The position numbers were made by a program, and so were the translations under genes. A stretch of DNA of 64,000 nucleotides from positions 1-64,000 of IMG/VR virus record IMGVR_UViG_3300028797_002495; one strand, 5' to 3'. Below, in pieces: positions 1 through 11,600 of this stretch. How positions within the stretch are numbered: the stretch's first letter is position 1; each line of letters opens with the position of its first letter. The notes under the pieces are model-generated. The model ran no database searches, was not told the origin of the DNA, and saw only the letters and a program-made list of their open reading frames with translations. Source of the DNA: a virus (lineage: Duplodnaviria; Caudoviricetes).

Positions 1-447
1 AGAGATTGTGATTATCTTGTTCAGTTAAGTGATAGTGAGGGATTTTGTTATTCTATCATAGAAGCTCTTGAATTAGGAGTTCCTGTTATTACTACTCCTC
101 TTCCAGTGCTCAAAGAGCTGGGTGTACGTGATGGTATAGATGGTTATTTTGTTCCATTTGATATGAATGGGATTGATTTAAATAAAATATATAATAATAT
201 TCCAACTGTTAATTACACATATAATAATCAAGAATGTATAGATGAATGGATTGAAATTCTTGGAGATCCTAATCCTGTTGGAGATTATGTATATCATGAA
301 GAAGACAATTTAATTAAAGTTCAAATTACAAATGATTATTATGATACATACTTCCAAAGAAATATGAGTACCAGAGACGTTGTATGGATGCCAGTAGATA
401 GAGCTATTTATATTTCTAATTCGGGATATTGTAAGATTTTAGATTAG
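1..447 (+). CDS. Glycosyltransferase, GT-B/GT4 family, C-terminal part (gene starts before the window)
   Basis: Frame is open from base 1: RDCDYLVQLSDSEGFCYSIIEALELGVPVITTP, containing the GT4 E-x7-E motif followed by GVPVI. The ORF-track start at 106 is internal. Confidence 0.8.
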   Translation, partial: RDCDYLVQLSDSEGFCYSIIEALELGVPVITTPLPVLKELGVRDGIDGYFVPFDMNGIDLNKIYNNIPTVNYTYNNQECIDEWIEILGDPNPVGDYVYHEEDNLIKVQITNDYYDTYFQRNMSTRDVVWMPVDRAIYISNSGYCKILD

Positions 448-457
448 GAGGATAGTC

Positions 458-1540
458 ATGTATTTAGATTATGCTGCTTCTACTCCGATTATTCAACCCG
501 TTAAAAATAAAGTAATTGAATTAATGGAGTATTTTGGAAATCCCTCTTCTTCACATTCAGAGGGGTTAAAAGCAAAAAATATTATTGCTCTTACTAATGA
601 TATTATTGCTAACTCTATTAATTGTAATATGGATGAATTGCATTATACATCTGGCGCAACAATGAGTAATAATATCGCTATTCAAGGATATTTATGGAGA
701 CATTTTGGGGCATTATTTATAACTTCCACTATAGAACATAATGATATTATTCTTTTGGGCAAAAGTTATTTTAATACTGAATTTATCAGTGTGAATAAAG
801 ATGGATTTATAAATATAAAAGAACTAGAAGATATTTTAAAGTTTAATGAAGGTAAAAATATTATATGTTCTATACAAATGGCAAATAGTGAAACTGGGGT
901 TGTGCAAGACATAGAGAACATATCTCGTCTTGTACATGAATACGGTGGAGTATTTCATACTGATGCTACACAATATATTCCTTATTATTCTGTAGATGTA
1001 AATAAGTTAGGGATAGATATGATGAGTATGTCCGGTCAAAAGATAGGATGTATTAAAGGTACTGGATTGCTATATGTAAAACGTAATATTGATATTCAGT
1101 CGGTTATTTATGGGGAACAAGGATTAATTGGTGGAACTGAAAATACATTAGGTATTGGTTGTCTTGGTGAAGCATTTAAACATATTAATTATGATTACAA
1201 TAATACTATTTGTCGTAGAGATGAATTAATTAATGCTTTGGATGGTGAACTAGTTGGATCTCGTTTTAAGAGATTGCCAAATAATGTTTATGTATTATTC
1301 AACGGAGTCAAATCTGAAAGGCTACAAGAAATCCTTAATGCAAATGAAATATATGTTTCAGGTGGTTCTGCTTGTTCTTCTCTCACAGATGAACCAAGTC
1401 ATGTAGTTCAAGCGATGGGATATAGTAGTGACGAAGCTGGAAGTTGTGTAAGATTTACTCTTCCTAGAGATATAACAACTACCGAAATTGAATATGTAGC
1501 CAAAGTAACAAATATTAATTATAAATTACTGAAAGGATAA
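458..1540 (+). CDS. iscS: Cysteine desulfurase (IscS/NifS-like, PLP class V aminotransferase)
   Basis: N-terminal YLDYAASTP, then SGAT, HTDATQ, PLP lysine motif SGQKIG, GGTEN and catalytic loop SGGSACSS. GGAGG RBS. Confidence 0.9.
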   Translation: MYLDYAASTPIIQPVKNKVIELMEYFGNPSSSHSEGLKAKNIIALTNDIIANSINCNMDELHYTSGATMSNNIAIQGYLWRHFGALFITSTIEHNDIILLGKSYFNTEFISVNKDGFINIKELEDILKFNEGKNIICSIQMANSETGVVQDIENISRLVHEYGGVFHTDATQYIPYYSVDVNKLGIDMMSMSGQKIGCIKGTGLLYVKRNIDIQSVIYGEQGLIGGTENTLGIGCLGEAFKHINYDYNNTICRRDELINALDGELVGSRFKRLPNNVYVLFNGVKSERLQEILNANEIYVSGGSACSSLTDEPSHVVQAMGYSSDEAGSCVRFTLPRDITTTEIEYVAKVTNINYKLLKG

Positions 1541-1541
1541 A

Positions 1542-2027
1542 ATGGATAAAAGGGTAAGATTGATAAGTTGCGACACTTCTACAAAATGTAGCGGAGTTGC
1601 AACTTTTGATAATTGTGAACTCGTGGATTATCAACTTTTTGATTTTAAGAAAGAGAAAGATGTGGAAAAAAGAATTAATATGATGGGGAAAGAATTGCTT
1701 TCTTATCTTAAAAAACAAAAGCCCGACATTATATGGATTGAACATCCTCAAGGTCAAGGTAGTAACGTCTCTATGGTAGGAAAACTTTGTGAGATTCTTG
1801 GAATTGTTAGAGCATATGCCATAGAGAAAAAAGTTGATTATCATGAAATTACTCCGTCTGAATGGAGAAAGTATGCTAAGTTTGATCAAGGTAAAAAACA
1901 GCGTCCAGAACTTAAACAGATGAGTATTGAATATGTTAAAGAAAATTTTAATATAGACGTTACTGATGATGTTAGCGATGCTATTTCTATTGGATGTGCA
2001 GTAATTAATTATTTTAACGAATATTAA
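1542..2027 (+). CDS. RuvC-like Holliday junction resolvase
   Basis: N-terminal ISCDTSTKCSGVA, internal IWIEHP and C-terminal DDVSDAISIG match the RuvC acidic catalytic motifs. Confidence 0.8.
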   Translation: MDKRVRLISCDTSTKCSGVATFDNCELVDYQLFDFKKEKDVEKRINMMGKELLSYLKKQKPDIIWIEHPQGQGSNVSMVGKLCEILGIVRAYAIEKKVDYHEITPSEWRKYAKFDQGKKQRPELKQMSIEYVKENFNIDVTDDVSDAISIGCAVINYFNEY

Positions 2028-2040
2028 GGAGAAAAAGGAT

Positions 2041-2556
2041 ATGACAGTTAAAGAGTTTTTAAAAAAATATGAAAAAAATAAAGACATAAGCAAATATATA
2101 ACCAAAAAATATCTTCCTTATGCAGAAAAAATTACATTTTGTAATCGTATTATAGATGCAACTTGTTATACAAAAATATCAGATGATAAGAAAATATTTA
2201 AAATAGACACTCCTTCTCGTCAAATGTTATTAATGCTTTCTATAATAGATAAGTATACAGATATTGATATTAATTGGGAAGATGCTTTGGCAGACTTTGA
2301 TGCTTTAAGTGAATCTGAATTATTGGGAGAGATTCTTAAAGTAATTCCTGAAAACGAAGTAACTCTTTGCTCTTCTCTTTTGGATATGTGTGTAGATGAT
2401 TTAATGACAAATACAAGAGATTTGCTTTCTTGGGTTGAAAGTAAAGTTGAGGCTTCTAATATGGTTATTAATACGATATTAGAAACAGTAATGAATACAG
2501 ATGAATTAAAACCAATTATTAATTCTTTAGGAATTGGGGAGATCTTGTCTAAGTAA
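2041..2556 (+). CDS. Hypothetical protein (possible tail assembly chaperone)
   Basis: 171-aa acidic helical ORF with AAGGA RBS, two genes upstream of the tape measure gene. Function is from position only. Confidence 0.5.
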   Translation: MTVKEFLKKYEKNKDISKYITKKYLPYAEKITFCNRIIDATCYTKISDDKKIFKIDTPSRQMLLMLSIIDKYTDIDINWEDALADFDALSESELLGEILKVIPENEVTLCSSLLDMCVDDLMTNTRDLLSWVESKVEASNMVINTILETVMNTDELKPIINSLGIGEILSK

Positions 2557-2593
2557 ATAACATATTATTGGAAAGGTTTAATACTTTTCTTTT

Positions 2594-2635
2594 AGCATTT
2601 ATGGTACTTGCCAAGGTTCGACTCCTTGGGATGCT
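2594..2635 (+). other. tRNA T-arm-like minihelix in intergenic region
   Basis: CCAAGG-TTCGACT-CCTTGG hairpin (2611-2629) enclosed by AGCAT/ATGCT. Confidence 0.5.
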
Positions 2636-2647
2636 TTAGAGGTTACA

Positions 2648-3178
2648 ATGAAAAGAAAAAATAAAGTACATATTACTGCTGATTTAAAAACTGACTTAAA
2701 TAAATTTTCAGTAGAAGTAAGTAAAGAATTGGCAAAACAAGTTAGACAGGAGATGCTAGAAACTGCACAAGATGCTATTGCTAGGTTTTATGCAAGTTAT
2801 ACTCCTGTGCGATATAAAAGACATTATTATAATTTTATTAAGAATTCATTTAGAGGGTATTATAAAAATCCCCATAATCAAATTATTCGTGGGGGAATAG
2901 AATTAACACCTTATCTTATGGACGATATATATCGTGGAACAACAAAGTATAAAGAAGCAGAAGGCAATATTACTGATTATGTATTTAATTTAGTATATAG
3001 TGGTTATCATGGTAATATCCCTATGTTGGGCAATGGTGGAGAAGCTCCTAGAATGGAGCCAAGTCCGTTAGATCTTATTATTAATAAAAGACGTTATATT
3101 GTAGAGAATATTAAAACTTATAAACATGGTGCATTTTTAAAAGCTAGCGGAGAGTCGTATAAAACTCTTCGTTTTTAA
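2648..3178 (+). CDS. Hypothetical virion morphogenesis protein (HK97 gp10-like by position and character)
   Basis: Basic 176-aa ORF with FYASYTPVRYKR, directly upstream of the tape measure gene. Confidence 0.5.
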   Translation: MKRKNKVHITADLKTDLNKFSVEVSKELAKQVRQEMLETAQDAIARFYASYTPVRYKRHYYNFIKNSFRGYYKNPHNQIIRGGIELTPYLMDDIYRGTTKYKEAEGNITDYVFNLVYSGYHGNIPMLGNGGEAPRMEPSPLDLIINKRRYIVENIKTYKHGAFLKASGESYKTLRF

Positions 3179-3194
3179 TTTTGAGGAGTAAAAT

Positions 3195-6100
3195 ATGGCT
3201 GAAAAAGGAATCATTATTGACGTTGGTTTTGCGCCACAATGGAAAGATTTTTTAGATAGTATAGATAAAGAGTTATCTAAACTGGATTTAGATAAATATT
3301 TAAATCTTGATGAAGCTTTTGAAAAACAGTCTAAAGAAGTTAGAGCAAAATTAAAACAACTAAAAGTAGAAATAGATCAAGCTATTAATGGAATTGGAAA
3401 AGATCCAATTAAGGCATTTAATGAATTAAATAAGTCAGTTAAATCATTATCTGGCGTAGTTCTTAATATGGCTAAAGCCATGCCAGATGGAGCTAAATAT
3501 GCTCAAGAAATTAACTCGATAACAAATTCAGTTGATAAATTAGAGACTGAGGCTCATGGTGCTATAACTGTTTTAGAGGAATTGAATTCTACTTCTGCTA
3601 ATAAATTACAATTTAAAGATCAGTTAAATCAAATTAGAGATTTATATGGATTATTAGAAAAGGCAAGTAGGCTAATTAATAAAAATCAAGGAGCAAGTCA
3701 ATTTGATGTAAACAAATATAATGATAATCAAGAACAATTATTATCAGAACTTAAAGCAGAATATCAAAAATATTTAGATATTAATAATCAAATTGAAGAT
3801 ATTCAAGATGATACTGTTTTATCCACTGAATCAATGAATGATAAATTGGATAATGCATATCGATCTTTAGCTCAAACCGTTGGCAATATAAATAAATTAT
3901 CATCTACAATGGCTCAAATTGGAATTGGATTTGATATAGAAATCGAACCCAATTTTTCAGTTGAGGATGTAAATACCGAAATAGATAGCCAAATTGAAGA
4001 AATTAGAGATTATCTTAATAAAGCAAAAGCCAGATTACAAAATGAATTTACTCAATTAGGTGGAGATTTAAATCTTTCAGAATATTTTTCTAAAAGAGTT
4101 TCTAAACAAGAAAAAATTAAAATTCCAGTAGGAATAGATGAATCATCAAAATCAAAATTATTACAAGATACAAAAGATTTGATTCAATCGGTTCAATCAA
4201 AAATTACAGAGCCTATATTAGTTGAAGTTCAATTAGTTTCTGCATATCAATCTCGTGGAAATCAAGAACTTTTATCTCAGATTCAAAAAGAAATAGATAA
4301 TATTGATGACGGAGAAATAACTGAAAAACTTCGTGGTCTAATAGATAAAATGAATAAGCGTGTTGAAAACGCATTAATGTTTAATATTTATGTTAATACT
4401 CAAAACGCTACAAATCAAATAAGACATTTTAAGAAAGAAATAAAAGAAGAAATATCTGAAATTCAAAAACTCTTAACTATTAATCCAGAATTTGAGTTAA
4501 CTCCTGAAGTAAGACAAAAACTTGTAGATGAGATCAATAAAGTTCAAAACGAAAATCCTTTAAAGGTAGATCTTGACTTTGGATTAGAATCTAAAAATTT
4601 ACAAAAAGAATTATTAGATTTAAATAATATATATAAGGGATTAGAAGCTATAAAATCGGCTGTGGACGCTAAATCAGCGGCTTTCATAGAAGAAGGTAAA
4701 AAAGTTGATTTTGTATCTGATAAAGAACAAAGAGATCTTGATGTTGTAAGACGTTGGGTCGAAAGAATTACTAAGGCGGTAAAAGAAAAATCTGATGCTT
4801 TTATTGCTTCTGGTAAAATAGTAGATAAAATAGCTAATCAAGAACAGAGTTCTTTAGATAAAGTTAAAGTACAAGTTGAAGTAGATAATTATGCTGACAT
4901 AGAACAAGAAATAAATAAGGCTGTAGAAGCATTAAATAAACTTATTGCAACAGGCACAAAAGGAGATAAATTAACATCTTTATTAAAAAATTTACGTTCT
5001 TCGTTATTAACTTTATCAAATGATAAAAGTTCTGATAAAATAAAAGCCTTTGCAGATAATCTAAAAGAAATACAGACGGCTATTAAGCCTTTATCAAATA
5101 TAAAAGATAATACATTTTTATCTTCTATTCAAGACATACTTAATAAAGGTAATGAATTAAAAACATTTGCTGAAATATTAAAATCAACAAAAAAAGAATT
5201 ACAAAATGCTAAAGACGTTTTAGATCAAGGTAGTTCAAATGTAGGAAGTCTAAATCTAGAAAACTATTCTGATGTTTTAAAACAGCGTGCTTTAAATAAT
5301 ATTCCAGATATAGATTATAAATTGATGAGCCAGTCACTTGAAGCAACAGCTGAAGGATTGGTAAGGATTACTACTCTTATTAAAACTGCTAATGGAGAAT
5401 ATTTAAGATATATTCATACTTCTACAGATGGAGAAGAAATTCAACAAAAGAAAATAGAATCTGGAACTGCTAGTATTTTAAAACAAGCTCAAGCCATAGA
5501 AAGATTAAACGATAAGGCAAAAACCAGTGAAACATTACAAAAAATTGGTGCTGTAACACCTAATACTGAAAAATGGCAAGAATTAGTTGAGTTAGTTGAA
5601 AGCTTTGGAATTGCAATAAAAGATGTTACATCTATAGAACAAAATATAGACGAATTTGGATATGAATCATTTAGAGTTTTTCATGGAGATGGATTACGTA
5701 CCACTTTAGGAATGAACTCTGCGGATATTTTATTTGAGAAAAATGCAATTGTTGATTTAGATAAAGCGACTAAAGAATTCGAATCAACCATCAAGAAATT
5801 ACCGGCTGAATTTAAAAAAGCCTTTAAGGATGACGGTCTTGGAACTGGAACATTTATTAAAGACATCCAGAAATTACTTGAGTTATTTCAAAAACTTCAA
5901 GTTTTAGGTGCCTCTGGTTTAGATATTAATATTGAAGATTATAAACAAGAAATTGATAATTTACAACAATCAATATCTAATATATTTAAATTTGATCAAT
6001 CTTCTGTAACTAAAGATTTTGAACAAGAATTTGTAAATATTAGAAATAACTTTTTAGAATTATTTAAAACAATTACTCAAGGAACATCTATGAGTGATGA

Positions 6101-7268
6101 CGAAATTCAATCTCTTGTTGCTTCTTTAGGTTTAGTTGGAAAAGAATTTGATGAGCTTAAAGATAAATCAAACAACTTGGCAAATCAAAAATCCATTGCA
6201 AATATACTTAAAACAGTACGAACTGAATTGTTCAAAAACGGTGCAATGGATAAAGAATATAAAGTTCTTTTAGAGCAATATAGAGAAGAATTACAATCTG
6301 CTTTAGAATTATATAGTCAAGGCAGAGAAAAGGAAGCTAATCTTACAAAAGAAAGACTTCAAGAAATCATTGCTGGAGTAATGGATATTCAAGGTAAAAT
6401 TCAAGAATCCGGCAAAACTGGTTTGACGATGATTAACAAAATAGGTCAAGCCATAAAAACAAATTTTGCTCAATATGTAGCAAGATATTTTAGTTTATAC
6501 GACATTATTCGTTATATAAGAACTTCAGTTGAAGAAGTTAAAAATCTTGATACTGCATTAACAGAGTTAAGAAAAGTATCAAATGAAACAACTGAAAGAT
6601 TACAGGTTTCATTTAAGCAATCTGCCGAAACTGCTAAAGAATTAGGTAATACTCTTAGTTATGTAATTAATATTACTGCTGACTGGTCTAGACTTGGATT
6701 TGCAATAGATGAAGCTGAAGAACTTGCTAGAGTTACTACGTTATTTAAAAACGTAGGTGATAATATGAGTGCTGATGATGCAAGTTCATATATGATTTCT
6801 ACTCTTCAAGGTTTTCAGATTACCGCCGAAAAGAGTGAAGAAATAGTTGATAAGTTTAACGAAGTTGCAAATAATTATGCGATTGATACTCGTGGAATTG
6901 GCGAGGCACTTCAACGTTCGGCTGCATCATTTAACGCAGCAAATACAAGTTTAAGTGGAGCAATTGCTGTTGTTACAACTGCTAATGAAGTAGTACAGAA
7001 TCCAGAAATGGTTGGTACTGCAATGAAAACCTTGTCGGCTAGAATTCGTGGTTCAAAAGTAGAACTTGAAGAGCTTGGAGATGAAGAGGCAAATGTAGTT
7101 GATTTAACATCAAAACTACGTAGCGAAGTAAAAGCTATGACTGGCTTTGATATTATGCTCGATGAAAACACTTATAAATCTATAGATGAAATAATTATAG
7201 GAATAGGTGAACATTGGGATGAATTAACTGATATACAACAAGCGGCTCTTGCTGAAGATCTTGCTGGT
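3195..7268 (+). CDS. Tape measure protein, exon 1 (1358 codons)
   Basis: Long coiled-coil ORF ending in a TP901-type TMP core (LDTALTELRKV...ADWSRLG...VDKFNEVANNYAI...VGTAMKTLSARIRG...LAEDLAG). The ORF-track extension to 7325 is read-through into the intron. Confidence 0.9.
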
Positions 7269-8603
7269 ATTTTTTTACCAGTATGTACAGAAATGTGCAT
7301 AAAGAATATATTTAATTGCAGGTAATGCGTAAAGCTCAACACCACAATAATGGGGAAACCACATTATGAAGGTACGAAAGTAGAAACAACGTTGAGATGG
7401 TATATGGTCAAAAACCTAAGTACTGATTACAATCGCTGTTCATGCAGCCAAGTACCCTAACGTTATACTTGGATTACAAGATAGATAAGTCGAGGGTAAA
7501 GGTTCATCGACTAGATTCATGTCGAGATACAGACTAGAGAATAAAGGTGAAAATCCTGAATATCTGTATCAATAATCGTAGGGCGCAAATCGCAAATGGC
7601 GTGGGTGAAATCCCCTTAAATCGAAAAGGTATACTCCTCTCCTATTTTGGGAAGGATGAAGAAATAGTCAGGTCTTATATGAAAATATAAGTAATATTAT
7701 AATTTTTTATGCTCCTTATTAAGGAGTTTTTTATGCCAAAAAATAAGTGGACTGATAACGATTGTAATAAATTGTTACAAAATTATTCAGTGTTGTCAAA
7801 AGAAGAATTACTAGAATTATTTCCGGATCGCTCATGGTCATCTATTGTAACAAAAGCGTGCAAATTAAATATTGTTAGAAGAGAACCATGGAGCGAATAT
7901 GAAAATAATTTATTAATTTCTGTTTATGAAAATACTGATATTAATGATGTGTTTAATATGTTTCCTAATAGAACTCCTAATGCAATTAAACTTAGAGCTG
8001 AAAAATTAGGGCTTTCATCTCCGAATTGTATTATATGGACTGACGAACAATTACAATTTATTAAAGATAATTGGATGATATTATCAGATTATGATATGGG
8101 GAAAAAATTGGGAAAGACTAAAAACGCAGTAAAAAGACAAAGAAATCTTCTTGGATTACATAGACAAGACAAAACTCAACAAACATATGAAAATATTTCT
8201 AAATATATACGTGGAAATATATATCAGTGGAAAAAAGACTCAATGAAACAATGTCAATATTGTTGTGTTTTAACTGGCAGTAAAGATTTTGAAATACATC
8301 ATTTATATCCTGTAAACAAGCTAATTAATTCAATCTTTATAAATAATAACATTGAATATAAAAATTTTAATGATTATACTCAAAATGAATTAAATAATAT
8401 CTTAAAATTGTTTATTATTGAACAAAATAAATATCCTTTAGGAGAATGTGTTCGTAAAGACATACATTCTCTTTTTCATCGTTTATATGGTCAATATAAT
8501 ACAACTATAGAACAATGGAAACAGTTTAAAAATGATTATATAAATGGAGTATATAAAAATTATAATAATATAAATACTGTTGCGTAGTATTTAAAACATT
8601 ACG
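7269..8603 (+). mobile_element. Group I intron (1335 nt) in the tape measure gene
   Basis: Exon 1 ends in U (GGT) and the intron ends in G. Joining gives in-frame LAG|KRNSNVMIALLQN. P1 CTGGT/ACCAG, P10 ATTTTTTT with exon-2 AAAGAAAT, R element GTTCATCGACTAG (about 7502-7514), S element GAAGAAATAGTC (about 7658-7669), P9 CTTATAT-GAAA-ATATAAG. Confidence 0.9.
7733..8587 (+). CDS. Intron-encoded HNH homing endonuclease with N-terminal helical repeats
   Basis: AAGGAG RBS at 7721-7726. Repeated W-x-x-x-E...L...FP.R units, then CCVLTG..FEIHHL...CVRKDIHSLFH. The ORF is looped out by a stem pairing about 7696-7710 with 8552-8566. Confidence 0.85.
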   Translation: MPKNKWTDNDCNKLLQNYSVLSKEELLELFPDRSWSSIVTKACKLNIVRREPWSEYENNLLISVYENTDINDVFNMFPNRTPNAIKLRAEKLGLSSPNCIIWTDEQLQFIKDNWMILSDYDMGKKLGKTKNAVKRQRNLLGLHRQDKTQQTYENISKYIRGNIYQWKKDSMKQCQYCCVLTGSKDFEIHHLYPVNKLINSIFINNNIEYKNFNDYTQNELNNILKLFIIEQNKYPLGECVRKDIHSLFHRLYGQYNTTIEQWKQFKNDYINGVYKNYNNINTVA

Positions 8604-11600
8604 AAAAGAAATAGTAACGTAATGATTGCGTTACTTCAAAACGCAGAAAAAGTTAAAGATGTTTATAAAACTGCTGAAGAATCTGCTGGTTCTGCTCAAA
8701 GAGAACAAGAAAACTATGCAAAATCTATTCTGTATTCAATAGATAGAGTTAAGGCAACTTGGTCAGAGATGATTGCTAATATTCTTAAGTCTCAAGACGT
8801 TAAGAAATTAATTGATACAAGTGCCGATGCTTTAGCTAAACTTGGGGATACTGCGGAGAAATTATCTGCTCCATTAGCCAATATAATGAAATTGTTAGGA
8901 ATGATTGCTAATGCTTTAGCAACCATTATCAGTATTGGTGATGGAATTCCTGCGATAGGTATTGCCGGTGGATTAGGTGCTAAAAAATTATATGATAATT
9001 TTTCTGGAAAAGAAAAAGGTAAATCTTCTAATATATTTCAAAAGATATTTAATTCTAAAAATAATAATATTGATGATGTAGCCGAAGATATTGCTCAAGA
9101 TTTTTCTGAAAATTTAATTGAAGACATTGCAGAAGAATCTATTGGAGATAAAGTCAAAAAAGAACTTGCAGATCAAATGTCTGGGAAAATATTTTCTAAA
9201 CAAGGACTTGCTCAGGCATTAAAATCTTATGATCCTCATGAAAAAGATTCGGCAATGAAACTCGTTTCTCAGCTGGCTTCGTTTAATGAAGATAGTATTA
9301 ATGAAGCATTAAATGCGACCGATCTTATCACTTCTCAGAAGAATTCTATAAAAAATGCAATAGAAAAATATGTTGAGGAACACAAAGACGATGCTCAATT
9401 CGCAGGATTTTGGGAAGACTTTATAGACGAAGAAACCGAAGAAGGAATGGAAAAGCTTTATGGTTTCTTTGATGAGCTTGGATTAGCCGAAGAAAAACTT
9501 GAAGAAGGCTCGGAAAAAGCATCTCTATTTTCTAAAGCTGGTATTGCTGTTCAAAAAGCATGGAAAAAAGCGGGCGAAGCTCTTGGGTTAACTAGTCTTC
9601 AATTAGGAGCATTAACGGTTGCAATAACTGCATCTATCGCTGCAATTGGTTATCTTATTTATAAATATAATGAATTAAATGTTACAGTGGCAGATATTGA
9701 TACTGAAATTGATGAAGTTAATTCTAAAATTGGAGATTTAAAATCACGCATTCAAGAGCTTGAAGATATAGGATATAGAAATTCTCAAGAAAATGCAAAA
9801 CTTGCTGCGTTAAGACAAGAATTAGATTTACAAGAAAAAATACTTGAAGTAGAAGAAAAACGTAGAGCACATGAGCTAACAGAAGATAATTCAATCTTCT
9901 ATTTCGATAAAGATAATTTAAGTGATAGATATGAATATGATTTTGGAGAATCTGCAAAAGTTTCAGAAATGTCTGGAGCGGCAGGTGTTTGGAGAGCCAT
10001 TAAATCACTTAAAGAATATAAAGAGTATGGAGATACCGTAGGTGATTTATCAGATAAAATTGATGAAGAATTAAACGAATATAAAACTGCGGTAGATCAG
10101 ATATCTCAAGGTATTGATGCTACTGAAGAAAAAGACGATTCAGTCGAGAAACTTAATAAGTATTTACTTGATTTATCAAAAGCTAACACTGCTTATATTG
10201 ATGGAATTAATCAATTAGAAGATGTTTTAAATTCTGAGTATGCATCAAGGGCTGATAAAAACAAAGCACAAGATTTATTAGATAAATATAAAGCAGCTCA
10301 AAAAGAAATTCAAACCATAATTGATGATACCCAAAAAGATATGGGCGAATATGATTATTCTACGGCTATTCAAGGAATGCTTGATAATGTAGATGGATTG
10401 GAAAATAAACTTGTTGAATTATATCAACAAGGTGAATTAAATGCGGATAATATATATGATATTATAGATCAGAAAATAGTTAAAGCATTAGAAGATGCAG
10501 AAATTGAAGCTTCTGATGTATTAGCATTAATTCAGAATATTGCAGATCCTGATAAATTATGGAGAGATCAAACAAAAAATCAACTATATGAACAACTTAA
10601 AAATGTAGAAGGAACTGCATTTAATCAAAGTCGTATTAATTATTTGTTTGATCAGGCTGGAATAGATTTAGAAAATAAAGATCATTTGCAAGCGTATCTT
10701 GATGTTCAAGCAAATTTTGGTGATGAAAGAACAAAATATTGGACTTTAGATAAATGGATTGAAGAAATTCAAAAAAAACTTTCTCAATCTGATTTAGAAG
10801 TTTCTATTGAATCTCCTACTCTTAAAGATTTAATGAAGCGCAATACTGGAAAAACCGAAGAAGATAAAGATAAAACCTTTGGAGATGATATTGATAATTA
10901 CAGTAGCAAAATAAGCACTCTTGAAGGATATTTAGATAAACTTCAAGATGGAACTTATACTGATACAGATTTATTAGAGCTAAGTAAAGAATTCGGTATT
11001 ACTGCTTCAAGCGTTGATCAATTAAAGGTTCGCATTGCTGAATTAGGACAAGAAGAGTTAGATAAACTTAATGAACAAATAGAAGAATATAAAAAAGAAG
11101 CAGAAGAAAATGGTGATACAGAACTAGTAAAAGGTCTTGAAGAAATTCAAAAAGCTTCTAAAGCGGTTTATGACCAAATGGTAGAAACCAATGATGTCTT
11201 AAAACAAAATAAAGATATTAGATCTGATATTTGGGGTAGCAAGGCTGGAATGGATCAGTTATCTGCTATTTATAAAGATATTAAAGATGGTGCTGAATTT
11301 GACTGGTCTTCTATTGTTAATAATAATGAGTTTAGAGAAAACTTTAAAAGATTCGGAAAAGAATATGAAGATTTTATAAATGGTGTATTTGCTCATCCTA
11401 AAAATATAAAAGCAAATCAAGAAGCGTTTAATGATTTAGCCGATTCATATTTAAAAGCGGAACATATTCTTGATGGATTAAATGAATCCGAAAAAGAACA
11501 ATCAAAGAGGTTGCTTGATAGTATTGGTGTTATTAATTCTACCGAAATGATCAAGGCAGAACAAACAAGTCAAATAATTGATCAAGCGTTTAAACAAGCT

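Noticed and set aside
458-1540. Dnd phosphorothioation system
   Set aside because: Only a desulfurase is present. No dndBCDE- or ssp-like genes are recognisable in the window.
2050-2068. Slippery run TTTTTAAAAAAA as a tail-chaperone frameshift
   Set aside because: It is at the gene's 5' end, not near its stop, and no long alternative frame follows.
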